The notes beneath the pieces were generated by a model, which saw only the letters and a program-made list of their open reading frames with translations, was not told where the DNA came from and made no database searches. A DNA stretch of 63,961 nt, counting the filler, from Collodictyon triciliatum (lineage: Eukaryota): the NCBI GenBank assembly GCA_043381765.1. It is 6 parts of 6 records of this genome, joined end to end, with 100 filler letters (N's around TTAATTAATTAA, not from the genome) between each part and the next. Parts side by side here need not be neighbours in the genome. Positions count along the whole stretch, not along the records: positions 14,388 to 28,668 come from JBHJMP010001844.1; positions 28,769 to 43,044 come from JBHJMP010001845.1; 4 more parts are not named here. One strand, given 5' to 3'. The position numbers and the translations under genes are program-made. Shown piece by piece: positions 25,517-40,100 of this stretch (the first letter of the stretch is position 1; every line of letters starts with the position of its first letter).

Positions 25517-28205
25517 CTAAGAATTAGCGGGTCGAAAAGGCACAGGCGGAGTAGAAAGCGGCCGAGCTCTTGTTCCAGCTGCGCTGCTCGGTCTCACTGG
25601 CGATATCTTTGGGTTGGTAAGAGGTAGTTGTGGGATTCGGCTGCTTATCTGCGCCTGTGTGGTTGGCGTGGACTGGAGTAATCCCTACGAATCCAAGTGG
25701 ATGTCAGTTGCCCTGATTGACGGATTGAAAGCCGAAGGTAAATTCACCAAATACACTTTACACACACCTGGTCGGTTTCCATCGCACCGTTTAATTCTCT
25801 TCCCTGAAAGACAAAAAGAAAACTTTACAAGATGCAAGGCGATGGTAAAAGATGTAAGAATATATGGAGGAAAGAAACTTAGTTTCATGCGCGATTTCTT
25901 TGGGTAAATTAGCCCTACCCTATACAGTTTGCCATCAGCACCAATGATACTAAATTGCTTCGCTGATATGGATGATTCAAAAATTGCAGTGATATTTCTA
26001 CAGCATTTTGATATAGAAAATTAAACACTGAGCACTATACAAACGAATTGGCAGAGATAGCGAAGCCAAAAGACAAGAGATGAATTAAAGGATAGTCATC
26101 ATCACCATTCTGGTCGCATTATATTAACCAATATGTATGCTAGAATGTTGATACATGAAAGAGTAGATTTTATCCTCATACATATTTGGCGGGTCTGTTT
26201 CTGCTTTACAAATGTGTGTATCTTTGCCATATGATAACCTATCACAGGAGAGACATCGGTAATGCACGCGGCTCACCGACCCAACGTTCGTCTCGTCGAT
26301 GACCAAAGTCGAGACAGCCTCTTTCAGTTGCATGACTGTTACCTGGAAGAAATATGAGATATACAACTGAATAAAGCGCACAAAATAGTCTTGGATATTT
26401 TATGGGTGATGATATCTCCTATACTTGACTTTGTGGATGAATCGAATGAAAAACCTTGTCAGCCTTCTCATCCAGCCTTTCATTAATTTGAGCGATGTCC
26501 AAATTATGTGTTCTCTTCTCCAACTCGCGGACCGTCTATGAGTACGTTTTTTTTTTTTAATGGCATCAACATAACGTGCCTAAGATTGACCAAAGCGACG
26601 TGATTGTTCATGTTGTGTAGTGAAGCCAGCCTCTAGTGCGATATATAAGTTCAAACACAATGTGCAGCGTACTTTCGCCAATACATGCAGTTTTGCCTCC
26701 GTTGCAAAATTAGACAAAGCAGATGTGAGCTTGATTAGCATTTCCTGGGTAATTTTTTTTTGGAAACTTTGCGTTGACATTATATATGGTATTGTCATCA
26801 CCAAAACATCGTAAGAGCGTTTAATTACAAGGAAGCGTGACAATGGATAATATTTACATTCCAAAACACTTTTCACGAATTATCTAATAATTTCCAACCT
26901 ATCTGTATGATTACCTGGATATGAGCGTATTCCTCCTTCAAAGTTCTAACATGAACATCCACACCGTCGACTTTCCCCTCAAGAAATCCAACAACGCTCG
27001 CATCTACTTTTGCTCTATCTATAGCACCTATGGATGCATTCATTTCCTGCTTCCAAATATCGAGCTCACCACAAACATTTTGGACATCATCTTTTGTCGC
27101 AAGCAGCTGCATCTCGCATTCCAATCTCTGCAACTCGGCCATATCTACTTTCCTTGCCGCCTCCTGCGACAGAAGCTCGATCTTTTGGTCGAGCGACCCA
27201 AGACGGCGACCGATTTCATCGTGCGTTTCGGCCATTTGCCGCCTCAGCTGGTCCCTCACGTCAAACTCCTTTGCCAGGCGTTGCTGGTCGACTTTTTTCT
27301 CCAGCTCCCTTTCAATCCTGATGATCCGCTCAAGCATCTGCCCTTCCTTGGACTTTTCTTGTCTGTCCTGGATGCTTGTCACGGTTTCTAGCGCTTTCTT
27401 CTGCTCGTCAAGCACAAGCTGCATCATTTTGTTTGTCCCGTCCAGGGCAGATTGCACGGTGCGCAGACCGCGTTCTTGTATGGACGCATTGGTCTGTGCA
27501 GCACTCAGAGCAGACTCTATTGCATCGAGCCGCTTCCCCAAGGCATTTTCTGCGCTCTGACTCAGCTTCAAGTGTGTCCTCAGCTCCTCCATTTCCATCT
27601 TTCTTTGGGTAAGCAACGTCTCCTGCATGCTCAAGCGCCCAGTCAGATGCGCAATCGTGGATTCTAGCGTATCGACGCGCTACGGTAGTTACATGGTGGA
27701 GGGATGCTTGTGATGAATGTGACGCGATTATGTGGCATTTTCTTTGCTTGATATGCGAGTTCCACGGTGTCGGGTACCTTGAGGCTCTCAGCGTGTTGAG
27801 CGAGGAGTGCATCTTGGGATTGGATTATGGAAAGGAGTGTGCTAAGAGCAGTCTCTAAGGGTGTCAAAAGAACCAGCTGAGTGGATAGAGTCATTAGTTA
27901 GTTGTTGGGGGGTTTTTTTTTTTTTTTGAGGTATATACTCTTTTTTTTTTTTTTTTTTTAAGTATCCGTATAGAAAGTTTTTCTTCTTTTTTGTAAGGCG
28001 ATGTACTGACGCCGGGGAGGAGGCGCTGGATCTGCTGGAAGTCTTCAAAGTGGCTTTTTCGGGGCTCGGCAAAGTCTGCTTCCATGGCGGCTTCTGTCTG
28101 TTCGGCTGCGTTTCTTGCGGGTGTTGATCTTGGCCGAGGCTCGAATGCGGGGGTTTGTGGGATCTCTGCTTGGGCTTTATCTGCAACCGTCTCCGAAAGT
28201 GGCAT
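25517..28205 (-). CDS. Coiled-coil protein with a DUF4795-like (C16orf96/QRICH2-type) C-terminus
   Basis: Long heptad coiled coil with KVD/KAD-type repeats, followed by HYRCLSCDR and FSIIGADGKLYR. I recall these motifs from that family; not verified by search. Confidence 0.6.
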
Positions 28206-28668
28206 GTTTCGATTGATATGCTATTGGAGCAGATTTTTTTTTTATTCTATTCTTATAATTTTAGCTGTTGAGCCCGTCTCAACAATCTTTCATTCAACCA
28301 TCAGGCAGGTAGTTCCAAAGGAGGCGGTGATGTGTGGGAGATAGAAAAAGAAAAACAGGGATAAAGATAAAAGAAAAAAGGGAAAAGAGATGTCCTTGAG
28401 GCTTGATAAGAAACGCATGGATTTCTTTTGGGGACGCGTGATAGTGTCCCGCGAGTATGAGAAAAAAAAAAGGACGGGTGATATTGATTGGATGGAGGAG
28501 GAGGAATACTGCTTTGATGGCGCAAGGTGTCGAAAAGGATGGTGAAAAGAGAAGTGAGGTTCGTTTGATAAGCACTAGGTCGAGTGCAAAGAGGACTTCT
28601 CTGCATGGTTGACTCACCTCCTTCCAGACCGTATTAGGGTCTTTTCAGTAGGGGTTGTCGAAGGGATT

Positions 28669-28768
28669 NNNNNNNNNNNNNNNNNNNNNNNNNNNNNNNN
28701 NNNNNNNNNNNNTTAATTAATTAANNNNNNNNNNNNNNNNNNNNNNNNNNNNNNNNNNNNNNNNNNNN
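28669..28768. other. Artificial scaffold-joining spacer
   Basis: 44 N + TTAATTAATTAA + 44 N. Confidence 0.97.
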
Positions 28769-29008
28769 AAAAAGAAAAGAAAAAAGAAAAGAAAAAAGAA
28801 AAGAAAAAAGAAAAGAAAAAAGAAAAGAAAAAAGAAAAGAAAAAGAAAAGAAAAAAGAAAAGAAAAAGAAAAGAAAAAAAGAAAAGAAAAAAGAAAAGAA
28901 AAAAAGAAAAAAGAAAAAAGAAAAAAAGAAAAAAGAAAAAAGAAAAAAAGAAAAAAAAGAAAAAAAGAAAAAAAGAAAAAAAGAAAAAAAAAGAAAGGAG
29001 AAAGGTAC

Positions 29009-29859
29009 TTGTGTTTTGATGAGGCTAAGTGGGGGCAGATGAGTGACAATAAGATCGTAAAGCAATCTTCCCTTCGGGTGAAATGACCCGGCGTATACAG
29101 ATGAATGCACAGGAATCTTTCTGATTTCATTGCTGATAATTCCATGTAAAAGAGTTTCAGCAGTGGGACCTAGAAATAAAATCCGATAGAAACAATTAGG
29201 AGATGAATCAACAAGGTACATATCGGGCACATGTCGATGTTTATATGTCCTTTTAAAAAATAAATAAATAAAGGTAGTGCTAGTCCTTTTCCTTGTTGGA
29301 GAATAATCCTGGATTTGTGGGTCATACATATTTTTTCCGAATCCATAACATGTTTGGTTGGTTGAGTTAATCATGAGAGTCGCTTACCGCGGACGTGAAT
29401 CAAGCCCCGTGTCGACAACTCAGTCATCGCCCAGGTAGATGAAGCCCTTGCTAGATTTCTGATATAGAAAAAAAATAGGATATGTGTTTATATGATTCGA
29501 TGTAAATGAATGATAACTTTGCTTTATGCAACCCTTTTCATTTGCTGATATCTTGATTTACATAATAGATGCAAACCAGTATACATTCAGAAATCAAATG
29601 TATTCTGAAATGCAGTAAAAAGATAAAAAAAAAGATAAAAAAAACATGGATATCGAATCCTAATACTGACACTATCGTGGTATTGAAAATATAGACAAGA
29701 ATAAAAATAAAGGTATCTATATTTAAAGAATATAAAAAGTATATTAACTGCCTCATTGCGGGAAAAGAGTCATACAAAACCATATATTATTAGGTTGGTT
29801 ATGGAGCAATACCTTCGGGGGTTGATAGCGCGTATAATATACTTGAGCGCAGAAGACAT
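29009..29859 (-). CDS. IBA57: Mitochondrial Fe-S assembly factor IBA57/CAF17 (GcvT/YgfZ family), 5' part only
   Basis: Spliced MSSALKYIIRAINPRRNLARASS (mitochondrial presequence-like), then TELSTRGLIHVRGPTAETLLHGIISNEI..VYAGSFHPKGRLLYDLIV. Truncated at the scaffold end. Confidence 0.75.
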
Positions 29860-30752
29860 TTTAGATTCCGTCAGATTTTGTCTTGTTGGCCTGCCATTTG
29901 CGAGTTAATTATTGGTTGTTCGTGCCTCTTGCATTCCTTGCAAGAAACCACGGTATTTAGATCGGCACTCGAGAAGATGTGAGCTCCAACACGGTAGCTT
30001 TACTGGCTCCAATAGAAAAAAAAAAAAGAGGAAGGAAAAGAAAAGAAAAAAGAAAAAAGAAAAAAGAAAAAAGAAAAAAGAAAAAAGAAAACAGAAAAAA
30101 GAAAACAGAAAAAAGAAAACAGAAAAGAAGAAAAATAACGACAAAGCACGAATAGTTTTGAGCCAGGTGCTCAGCGTTCTTGCGTACTGATGAGCCTTTC
30201 GCATCCGGCCCACGGGCATGAGTCCGCACGCAAGGACGATTCACAANNNNNNNNNNNNNNNNNNNNNNNNNNNNNNNNNNNNNNNNNNNNNNNNNNNNNN
30301 NNNNNNNNNNNNNNNNNNNNNNNNNNNNNNNNNNNNNNNNNNNNNNNNNNNNNNNNNNNNNNNNNNNNNNNNNNNNNNNNNNNNNNNNNNNNNNNNNNNN
30401 NNNNNNNNNNNNNNNNNNNNNNNNNNNNNNNNNNNNNNNNNNNNNNNNNNNNNNNNNNNNNNNNNNNNNNNNNNNNNNNNNNNNNNNNNNNNNNNNNNNN
30501 NNNNNNNNNNNNNNNNNNNNNNNNNNNNNNNNNNNNNNNNNNNNNNNNNNNNNNNNNNNNNNNNNNNNNNNNNNNNNNNNNNNNNNNNNNNNNNNNNNNN
30601 NNNNNNNNNNNNNNNNNNNNNNNNNNNNNNNNNNNNNNNNNNNNNNNNNNNNNNNNNNNNNNNNNNNNNNNNNNNNNNNNNNNNNNNNNNNNNNNNNNNN
30701 NNNNNNNNNNNNNNNNNNNNNNNNNNNNNNNNNNNNNNNNNNNNNNNAATAA

Positions 30753-30785
<33 letters not shown>

Positions 30786-30997
30786 GGAAGAAAAAAGAGA
30801 AAATAAAAGCTAAAAACAAAAAAAAGGAATATAAAAGATATAAAGAGAAAAAAAAAGCTAAAACAAAAAAATATGAAAGAGAAAAAGAAAAATAAGGGTA
30901 AAGAACAATAGAAAAAGAAAGAAAACAGAGCAATAAGACTTATGAAGGAAGAAGAAGCCTCGGTGCAAACTGGGCACACAGGTCAAAGCGCCGACAT

Positions 30998-31510
30998 TTA
31001 TTTTTGTTCCTGCTTGGAGCGATCCCACGGGGTTTTCGGGTGTGCGTTCATCAAAGCCGTCCACTCTTCACGACTGAACCTGAACATGAATATGCAAAGT
31101 CTTTTAGTACAAGCGCAATTGCGAAAGAACATACAAGAAGTTGTGTTGTTTCGGCAAGATCCTTACTGAGGAGCATTCTCTTGTGCCTTGCGAATAGCCT
31201 CCTCCATCTTGAGCATGTTTTGCACTTTGATCTCTTCATCATGTTTCATCGCCCAGACAGAAAACGCAAAAGCAGTTCCGTGCAGAATCAGCATGGAAAC
31301 AATGCTGCGGTTCTGCTTCGCTAGTCTGAGTTCCTGGCGCGAAGACGACATTGCTAGCGAGTTCTTGTGAGCTGCTCGAGAGAGTCTACGCCGAGAAGCT
31401 TGTCTGCCGTAGTTATGGATTGTCTGGGATGTGTGTTTCATCATTACCTTACGCGAAGCACGACTTCTAGTTAGCTTGCAAGGAACACACACGCCGCCAT
31501 CTACAGACAT
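30998..31510 (-). CDS. Small single-pass membrane protein, possibly mitochondrial
   Basis: Arg/Ser-rich N-terminus, one hydrophobic segment (SIVSMLILHGTAFAFSVWAM), a charged tail, and an in-phase last exon HREEWTALMNAHPKTPWDRSKQEQK*. Start uncertain. Confidence 0.4.
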
Positions 31511-31802
31511 AAAAGGAATAGATGATCAAATCTGGAAAGTTGAGCTTCTCGCTCGTTGCCCTTTCGGCGCGTATATCCGCTTCTGTTTTAACCAATTCCC
31601 CCGTTGCTTGTCTAAACACTTGTGCTAGATTGACAACACCGTCATAATAGATGCTGATGTCCCATGAGATTTGATTATTTTTTTTTCCTCTCAGAATTAT
31701 TGTTAATTTTTTTTTATTTTGTTCGGGAAAGACCAACCCAGTGTGTTTTAATCTGATTCTATCGGGATTTCATGGACTAGTGCATTAGTGCGGTAAGAGT
31801 AG

Positions 31803-32967
31803 TCATGAAAGCAAAGTGTCTGTCTCCCCATCTCTAGCGTGCTCCACCGCATAGCGATCTGCTTGAGTTGGCCTTAGCGTGCCTGGTGTAAACATAGATT
31901 TTGTGTTGCCTGGGTGAGCGGGGCCGAACGATGAACCCCAACGAGAGTCCTGGCTAGATACTGATATCCGCTGGTGTCGTGTGTTGGCTTCTGAGTCGTA
32001 TTGGATTTGTTTCTGGAGCAGAGAGACCTTTCGGCGCGCAGCATCAGACTTTTCGATCTCTGGGAAAACCAAAGCAGACCCACAAACCCCACAGTAGAAG
32101 CCATGAGTGCTTTGTTTGGAGCACCAAACACAATATATAGGCCAGAGACTGTCCGTGGTAGAACTTTGCGGATAAACCTGGTCTTTGCTTTTTGCTCTAT
32201 TCCTGTGAGAAAAACCTCTCGTTTTCTGATAGAGATTTCTTAATTTGTATGAAACGAATATATGAATGAAAAAAACAACTAATGATGGGAAAATGAGAAT
32301 CATGACACCAAAACAGTCGTTGATGATATCAGAGTATAGTGTGTCTATTCGCACATCAAATGAAGAGTCGGATGAGAAGAGAATAGCCCCAGCAGGCATT
32401 TCGCTGGTGCCAAGAAAAAGTTCTAGGATGGTATCATTTGCTTGAATGTAAATCGGGAATGATATTTCACGCTCGTCGAGCAAATCTGTATTATTTTATT
32501 TTTGGTTTTGATTAGATTAGTAATTTCTTTTTTTTTCCTCTAAACATAAATAAATGGAATATCTTGTGTTTGGCGCAAGCTGAAATGGAGAATAAAATAC
32601 TGCTGTTTGCCAAAGACATACGATAAGAATTTGGGCTTTAATGCAAAGCATACTTCGATGCAGAGAGAATGATATACGATGAGAGACATGTAAGATATGT
32701 AAGTTACTAAAGGATACGTCTAGGAAACAATACCTTTTTCGGTAGAATTTAGGCTGCTTGGTAGTTTTGGCTCGGCATTGCAGTTGAATTCTTGTCTGTT
32801 TGTGAAAATGGCGACGTATATTATTGCAACTAAAAAAAATGAAGGGATTGTTGGTTGTTATGTTAAGAATGGACATGTCTTTGCTTCAAAATATATAGCT
32901 TTATGTGGTTGGGTATGAAAGAATAAGAGCGGTACATACTGCGGAATATAGTTCTAAAGAAAGCCAT
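31803..32967 (-). CDS. Hypothetical type I-like membrane protein with a cytosolic zinc ribbon
   Basis: Signal-like MAFFRTIFRIAIIYVAIF, a TM segment FGVMILIFPSLVVFFIHIFVSY, then CVWC-x8-CGVCG. Confidence 0.5.
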
Positions 32968-34174
32968 CGAGTTCCCTCCAAACTTTCCTTTGGGGGCGCC
33001 TAATTTGTCTGTGTGTCGGGTATTTACTGTAGTTTGTTGTTACAATTATAATCATTTTATTTGTGTCTTTGTGTGTTTCTTCTTGCGTGCACAGGCATTG
33101 CCTCATCGAATCATGTTTGTAGGAGGAAATGGTTACACATGAACGTTTTTTTTTTTGTTCCAGACAGTTCTCTTCCTTTACATGATTTATGTAACTATCC
33201 CATATGCAAACTCATGGAAATGCACAAGCGGCACTGCGCTCTGGCCTCTCGTAGCGCAGGACGATCCCACACTTCAACTCAAGATGACACGAATCCAGTA
33301 AAGCATTGCATAGTCCTCCAAGAATATATATAAAAAAAAAACGCAGCTTTTTTTATTTGGGTTCCTCTTCCTATTACCACTTATATTGTTTTTTTCCACA
33401 TATTTTTTTCTTTTTTTTGGGGCTGCTTCAGTTTTCCTTCATACGCATTTAGCATTCCTGCCAATCTGCGCCTTCGTTTTCATTTTGTGTTGGGAATCAC
33501 CGGCGCCCAATCAGGAAATATTAATTACCAAATCTGGAAAAGTTACCATCTTATTTTGCTCAATGATATTCCACTTAAAGAATACAAAGTTGGAAATTAA
33601 AGTATTTTACATATAATTGAACTCATTGAAATATAATTATCCATAATTATATAATATATAATTTTAAATATGATATTTATATAATATTTCAGTTTTACTT
33701 TCACGTGTGGCGGTAAGAAACCTGCTGTTTGCAGCCGATGATATAGCATAAACATCGCTTTTATCCTTTCCTTGTTGATCGGCGTTCACAGGTTCGGATG
33801 CTGTGAGGATAAACGCGTCGCGTGGCACTCGCAGGAAACCACACGTATTCTGACGGGTGACAAGCAGTTGATCACGCGCCTTCGTTGCATTCTTTGCTGC
33901 CTTTGCCTGGAGCCCGATCAGACAAAAGAAGAAAAAAGAAGTTAGAAAAGAGAAGAAAGCAAAGAGAAAAAAAGAAAAAGAGAAAAAGAGAAAAAGAGAA
34001 AAAGAGAAAAAGAGAAAAAGAGAAAAAGAGAAAAAGAGAAAAAGAGAAAAAGAGAAAAAGAGAAAAAAGAAAGGAAGAAAAAAAGAAAGGGCAATTATAA
34101 TTAGACTTGTTGAGAGTGTGTGGCATGCAGCCTTTTCATCGTCTCTTCTATTTATTTCGAAAGGAAGCAGTCCA

Positions 34175-37100
34175 ATGCTAAGCGAGATTTCGTCGTCGAG
34201 ACCACCGTCCGCCATGCCTGGACACGAATTCCTAAAGTCTGGGATATGGGAGACTTTTGCTCTGAAGTCATGGAGCGAGGAATTCCGCCAAGAGATTGAC
34301 AGGCCACCGCTTCTGTCGTTAAGGTTTCTCTGTCTCCTATGTTTTGTATTTATCTTTCATTTATTGTTCCCTCTCTTTATTTTGTTTTTTTTCTTTGTCA
34401 CTTTTTCTTCTTCATTATTCCCCTCAACCGGCTGTCTATTAAACACGCCAATGATACCAATATGTGAACATATGAGTGAAGCATTATATCTAATACTCGA
34501 TTATGTTATGGACAGATTCCACTCGGAAATGCTTGAAATTGAATATCAAAAGCATATAAGCTATTTATTTCGGTCTCGTTTTCAAAGAGTCTTGTTTCTG
34601 ATTTGCGTTGTCACTGTCGGATTTTCCTTATATTTTTACTTTATAGGGTATGCCTTTTCAATCCATTTTGTGCAAAAAAAAAAACCTTTCTTTGTAATCG
34701 ACCTCAAGAAGAATAATTTTTTTTTTTTTTAGCTATTTCCCAGTTTTTTTTTTTGTAAACTCTTTTTGTCGCGAAAAACCAAATATCGACCGGGAATCAC
34801 AGGGACCAGCTTATTTCTATCATGACTACGCCCTTCCTCATTCTCTGGATTGGCCTGATATTTATCCTTTTCAAATGGAATGACCACATGTGAGTAATTT
34901 TCCTCCTCAAGGTGATCGTATTTGATTTTCTGCTAGTTGTATTCCAGACTTTATATATAAGATAATCAGAGAAAAGTGTGCGCTTTTGTTTGCGCGCAAT
35001 TATTATTTGAAGAAAATCGTTGATTCGAGTAAACTTCCATCTCGTCATAAATTCTGTACTTTTTCAACGCTAGTGTCTACGAAAGATCTTGGATGCTTTC
35101 ATATACTGTTCTTTCGTTTTTAATCATGGCTATTCGCATTAACGCTAGAATGATAAATCCCTCTACCATTTCTGTTATAGTTATCGCGGTAATTTATTGG
35201 ATTGAAATTATGAGATATACGTTTACCAGAAGTANNNNNNNNNNNNNNNNNNNNNNNNNNNNNNNNNNNNNNNNNNNNNNNNNNNNNNNNNNNNNNNNNN
35301 NNNNNNNNNNNNNNNNNNNNNNNNNNNNNNNNNNNNNNNNNNNNNNNNNNNNNNNNNNNNNNNNNNNNNNNNNNNNNNNNNNNNNNNNNNNNNNNNNNNN
35401 NNNNNNNNNNNNNNNNNNNNNNNNNNNNNNNNNNNNNNNNNNNNNNNNNNNNNNNNNNNNNNNNNNNNNNNNNNNNNNNNNNNNNNNNNNNNNNNNNNNN
35501 NNNNNNNNNNNNNNNNNNNNNNNNNNNNNNNNNNNNNNNNNNNNNNNNNNNNNNNNNNNNNNNNNNNNNNNNNNNNNNNNNNNNNNNNNNNNNNNNNNNN
35601 NNNNNNNNNNNNNNNNNNNNNNNNNNNNNNNNNNNNNNNNNNNNNNNNNNNNNNNNNNNNNNNNNNNNNNNNNNNNNNNNNNNNNNNNNNNNNNNNNNNN
35701 NNNNNNNNNNNNNNNNNNNNNNNNNNNNNNNNNNNNNNNNNNNNNNNNNNNNNNNNNNNNNNNNNNNNNNNNNNNNNNNNNNNNNNNNNNNNNNNNNNNN
35801 NNNNNNNNNNNNNNNNNNNNNNNNNNNNNNNNNNNNNNNNNNNNNNNNNNNNNNNNNNNNNNNNNNNNNNNNNNNNNNNNNNNNNNNNNNNNNNTTATCA
35901 TTTTCTTGAAGTAATTACTCCTTCTCTCATTGCAATAATCTACTATTAAATAATACCATATTTATTTTCATTCATTCTATTTTTCTTTCTACTCTACTGG
36001 ATCTTGATTTGATTTTCTCTCATTTTTTTTTTTACCTCTATGATATCGATGGGCAAATGCCTTAGTTCTGTCGCCTTGGATATGATAGAAATGGATGAAA
36101 ATGACCCTAAGGTTTACCAATCCGTACATACCACCTTGATGGTAATCAACTTGAAAGGCTTTCACAAATTTGTCTCTTCTGCATCTACCAAAGACTCCCT
36201 TCGGTTAATTGGCCGGTTTATGAGGTTTCAAATCATGCATTGGCACTGAGCAATATAATTTAATGTTCCGCTTTAACTTAAAATATTCCTCTGCATTATC
36301 TCCTTTTCGTATCTTTATTCTTGTATTCGTATTCTGAAATGTGTAAATTAAAAAAATCATTTCATAAAATTATAGTAACATTATATCTATTTTTGTTGAT
36401 AAACCCATCATTTATAAATAATCAATCTAGTTTCATCGATGACACAATCTCGAGGTCCCTTTTTTTTTCGTTACAGCGAAAGATAGTCTTTTCTTTCGTT
36501 ATGTTATAAATTGTATGGGTCACAAAAAAGTGAAAATAACATAGAAACAATATTTGAAAAATGAAAAATTTTATAAATTGGGTCATATTTTCTTACAAAT
36601 AAAAGATATCAACTGGAAAAGGTTAAGACATTTGGTTCGCGCTACTTTGTAATTTTTCTTAAGCTGTAGACATGCATATAAAATTTCCCATATATACATA
36701 TAAATATAGATATACATATACACATATACATAAACAATAATAGAAAATATGAATGGAACCAGACTGACAATTCTGAATAAATGTAGATTGTAGATGGCTT
36801 ATTCAACCAAACCCACGAATATTCTTCCAACATTATTGATGCAGCATTGGAATTGATAAATACCTGGCCAGCTCATTCCGAACTCAACGCTTCCGGGGTT
36901 TCTAATTCACTTTTATATATATATTTCTAATTAGTTTACAGAGTATTCACATGTTTTTGCTAGTTTAGATATCCGAATTTAAACTCTGATTTTTTCTCTC
37001 CTTGTATGCCTGCCGTCTTTAATAGCTTCAGATATCGATCGCCATAGAATACGGCCACGCCCTCGGGTCTGTTATAGACTTTTCAAAGAGGAATTTTGAT

Positions 37101-40100
37101 GTTCTCGGAGACGGTAATACTACGCTCGAAATCGAAACAATTTGATTATTTACTTGTCCTTGACTTGAAACAGCCGATAAACTCCTCATTTATACATGGG
37201 CTTAATTAGATTCATCCTGTTTTTAATTAAAAAAATAACCAAACAAAAGATAAGGTCAATAGATGTCTTATAATATAAGCCTGAAATACATTTTAATATT
37301 CATATGCATCAGTATATCTGTAAGGGAATCTATGAAGATAAACATGCAACTGTCATAAAAAAAAACGCAATGCAGATATTGTTTTAAACATATGTAGCTT
37401 TTCTATTCTCTACAAGACATTCATGTTGAAAAATTCGATGTTTAGGAACAAATTTTGTCTGGGAGGCTGTTGTATCTACTGATCCTGGGAGAATAAGAAT
37501 AGGGCCAACTCTTTTTTCATTAATAAAAGTTTGATTCCAATGTTTATGTATATTGATTCAACTTGTATATATATATTTAAAAAATACAATATTAGACTCT
37601 GACTACCTCTAGTACTGATTTGGCATAAATTATTTGTCTTTCAATAGTCAAACTACGAGGTTTTGAAAACAGAGCAAGGTATATTTTTGGTTGGTTCCAG
37701 ACGACTTTCAGATGCGGGATTAGGACTGAGTGTCAAGGTTCCAGACGATCTGACATACTCGACGTCATCTCTCTCGCCGGCACGTTCACGTATTAACACG
37801 TTCCAGCATATGTTAAATCGCTATTTTTTGTCGTCGGGACAAATGGAACTCGACCCTCAAGACAATCGGTCTTACTTGGAGGAGGTTTACGATGATGACC
37901 TGAGAGAAGAGCGGAAGGAAGCAAAGAAAGATCCAGAGTACATCCTAGGCTGCATGTCTCGCAACAAGTTTTTCACTTCCATGTATATGATTTTAATCAT
38001 CGCTTAAAATATTGTGATGTTTATTTAGTTGACTATTTGACACAATATTTAATTTAATCATGCAATAAAAATAACAAACAAAAGGAAATGTATAAAAAAA
38101 AATAGTCTAGTGACTGGATGATTTAATTAATGGATACAAGAGAAAGATAAAATCTTATTGATTAATTTATTGCACATATATGTATGTATTTAACTTATCA
38201 TATCAAACAGGTTTCATTCCTTAGCTGTTTTATTCTCCTCAATTATATGGGGTGCTCTTGAGGCAGATATGCTTGTTCATATCCCATCATTAAGGGACAA
38301 TGTTGATAACATCTTGTTTGCAAGATTTATGATTCTCATTCCGTTTCAAGTTACTGCAGCCATAGTGGTCTATTTGTCTATGAACAGTTTTCGAACCGAA
38401 AGATTCAAGAAGCACGCGCTTATGTTCATCAAGTTGAGCCTATTGGCTTATGTATCATATCTAATCGGAAAATCATTTTACATCCTCAACAAAGACACCA
38501 GTGGTTGGGAAGGGAAGTTTTCTGTCCACATGTCATTGCATGAGTTCATCATATGGATAGTTTACCTGACAACTTGCCCGCAGAGCGAGCTTTTCGAGGC
38601 AAAGATATATTTTGTAGTCCTTTTTACTATGAATACCATCTTTGTAACCGTTTATGGGGATGCTCTCGGGTATTTTTTTTTTTATTTGTTCTCAAGTTTC
38701 GTAATTTCTTTGTTTTTGTGATAATTCTATTGTGGTATTAAAATTTTAATATAATTATCTATTCCAAAATAAATAAAAGTTGTGTTCGCTTGTCAAACTT
38801 TTGCATACCAGATACTTTCGGACCGATGAAAAAGTTGTCGGTGTTGTGGTTTATCCAGGCTTCCTTGCATTCATGTGCCTGTATGGTTGTTATTCAAGAG
38901 AATTGATCACCACAAAAGAATTTGTGGTTCGAAATCGAGAAAAAGAGGTTCCTGAATTTTTTCTGACCTGTCATTAACATATTGTTAGAATCCATATCTC
39001 TAACTTCCTGGCATTCACTCACTACGACTATTGAGCACCGTCTCAAAACGATTGTCTGTATAGCAAGAGGCACAAGTTACCAAGCAAACTGAAAAAATCC
39101 AAAGGATTCTCACGTCATTTTTGCCGCGGGACATTATTGATCAGTTGCAGACAAACACATTTTCGAACATTGGCTCATTCCCTTCTTCCTCTGTGATGGT
39201 TGTTAAATTTGAAGTCAAGTTTCAAGAAACTAGAAGACCATCTATCATCGGAAACAGCCTGATTACATTTCAAACAAGTATATATATATATATATATATA
39301 TAAAATCGACCAAATTATCATGATTCTGAACCATTTTAACTTAAATTTAATATTTTCTAAGTTGGATTATTATTATTATTATTTTTTAAAAAAAACCAAC
39401 TCAACCACAGAGGTTATGAGAGTAATAGAGAAGATTTGTGACGGCCATGAAGTTCAAATATGTAAAGCAGCTGGAAACCAAGTCATGGTATAAATTAGTC
39501 TTAAATCGACTTGAGACTGATTCTCGCAAAATACAAAGGGAAAGAAAGGAGAAAAAAAAGAAGAGGAAAGAAGCAACAAAGATGCAAACACACAGCCAGG
39601 ATATCAATATATATAATATGGCTCATACGATTTATTATATTTATATAATCACATCATGAAATTCAACGCTTCATTAGATCGCGAGCATTAATCGATTGGC
39701 ATTTCGGCGTCGAAGTGAGAGAATATGTCAAGCTGCAGTTGATGTAACTAACATTCTATCGATTTCTGTTCCCAGCTCATGAGTAATATGATTTTTTTTA
39801 TGTTGGGGTACACTTTAATATGAACTATGTAATAAATATATTAATATTTTGATATTGTTTGTGCTCTATAAATAATTTATAATTTAATGGATTTTTACAT
39901 GTTAACCAAAAATATATATAAAAAACCATCGAAATAACGCCTGTATTGGGAGAAATAATGTAACCTACCTATTGGAATTATACCGGCGACTAGATAATGG
40001 GCGACATTGGTTCGCGAGACTTTGATGCAACAAGGCTGTCGATAAGAATTGGTATCGCACGTGGTACTATCATGGGTGGAATTATTGGTAATCTATACGA

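Noticed and set aside
29005-29150. + strand frame with two in-frame TGA codons suggesting an alternative genetic code
   Set aside because: The region is an IBA57 exon on the - strand. TGA, TAA and TAG all act as stops in confident genes here.
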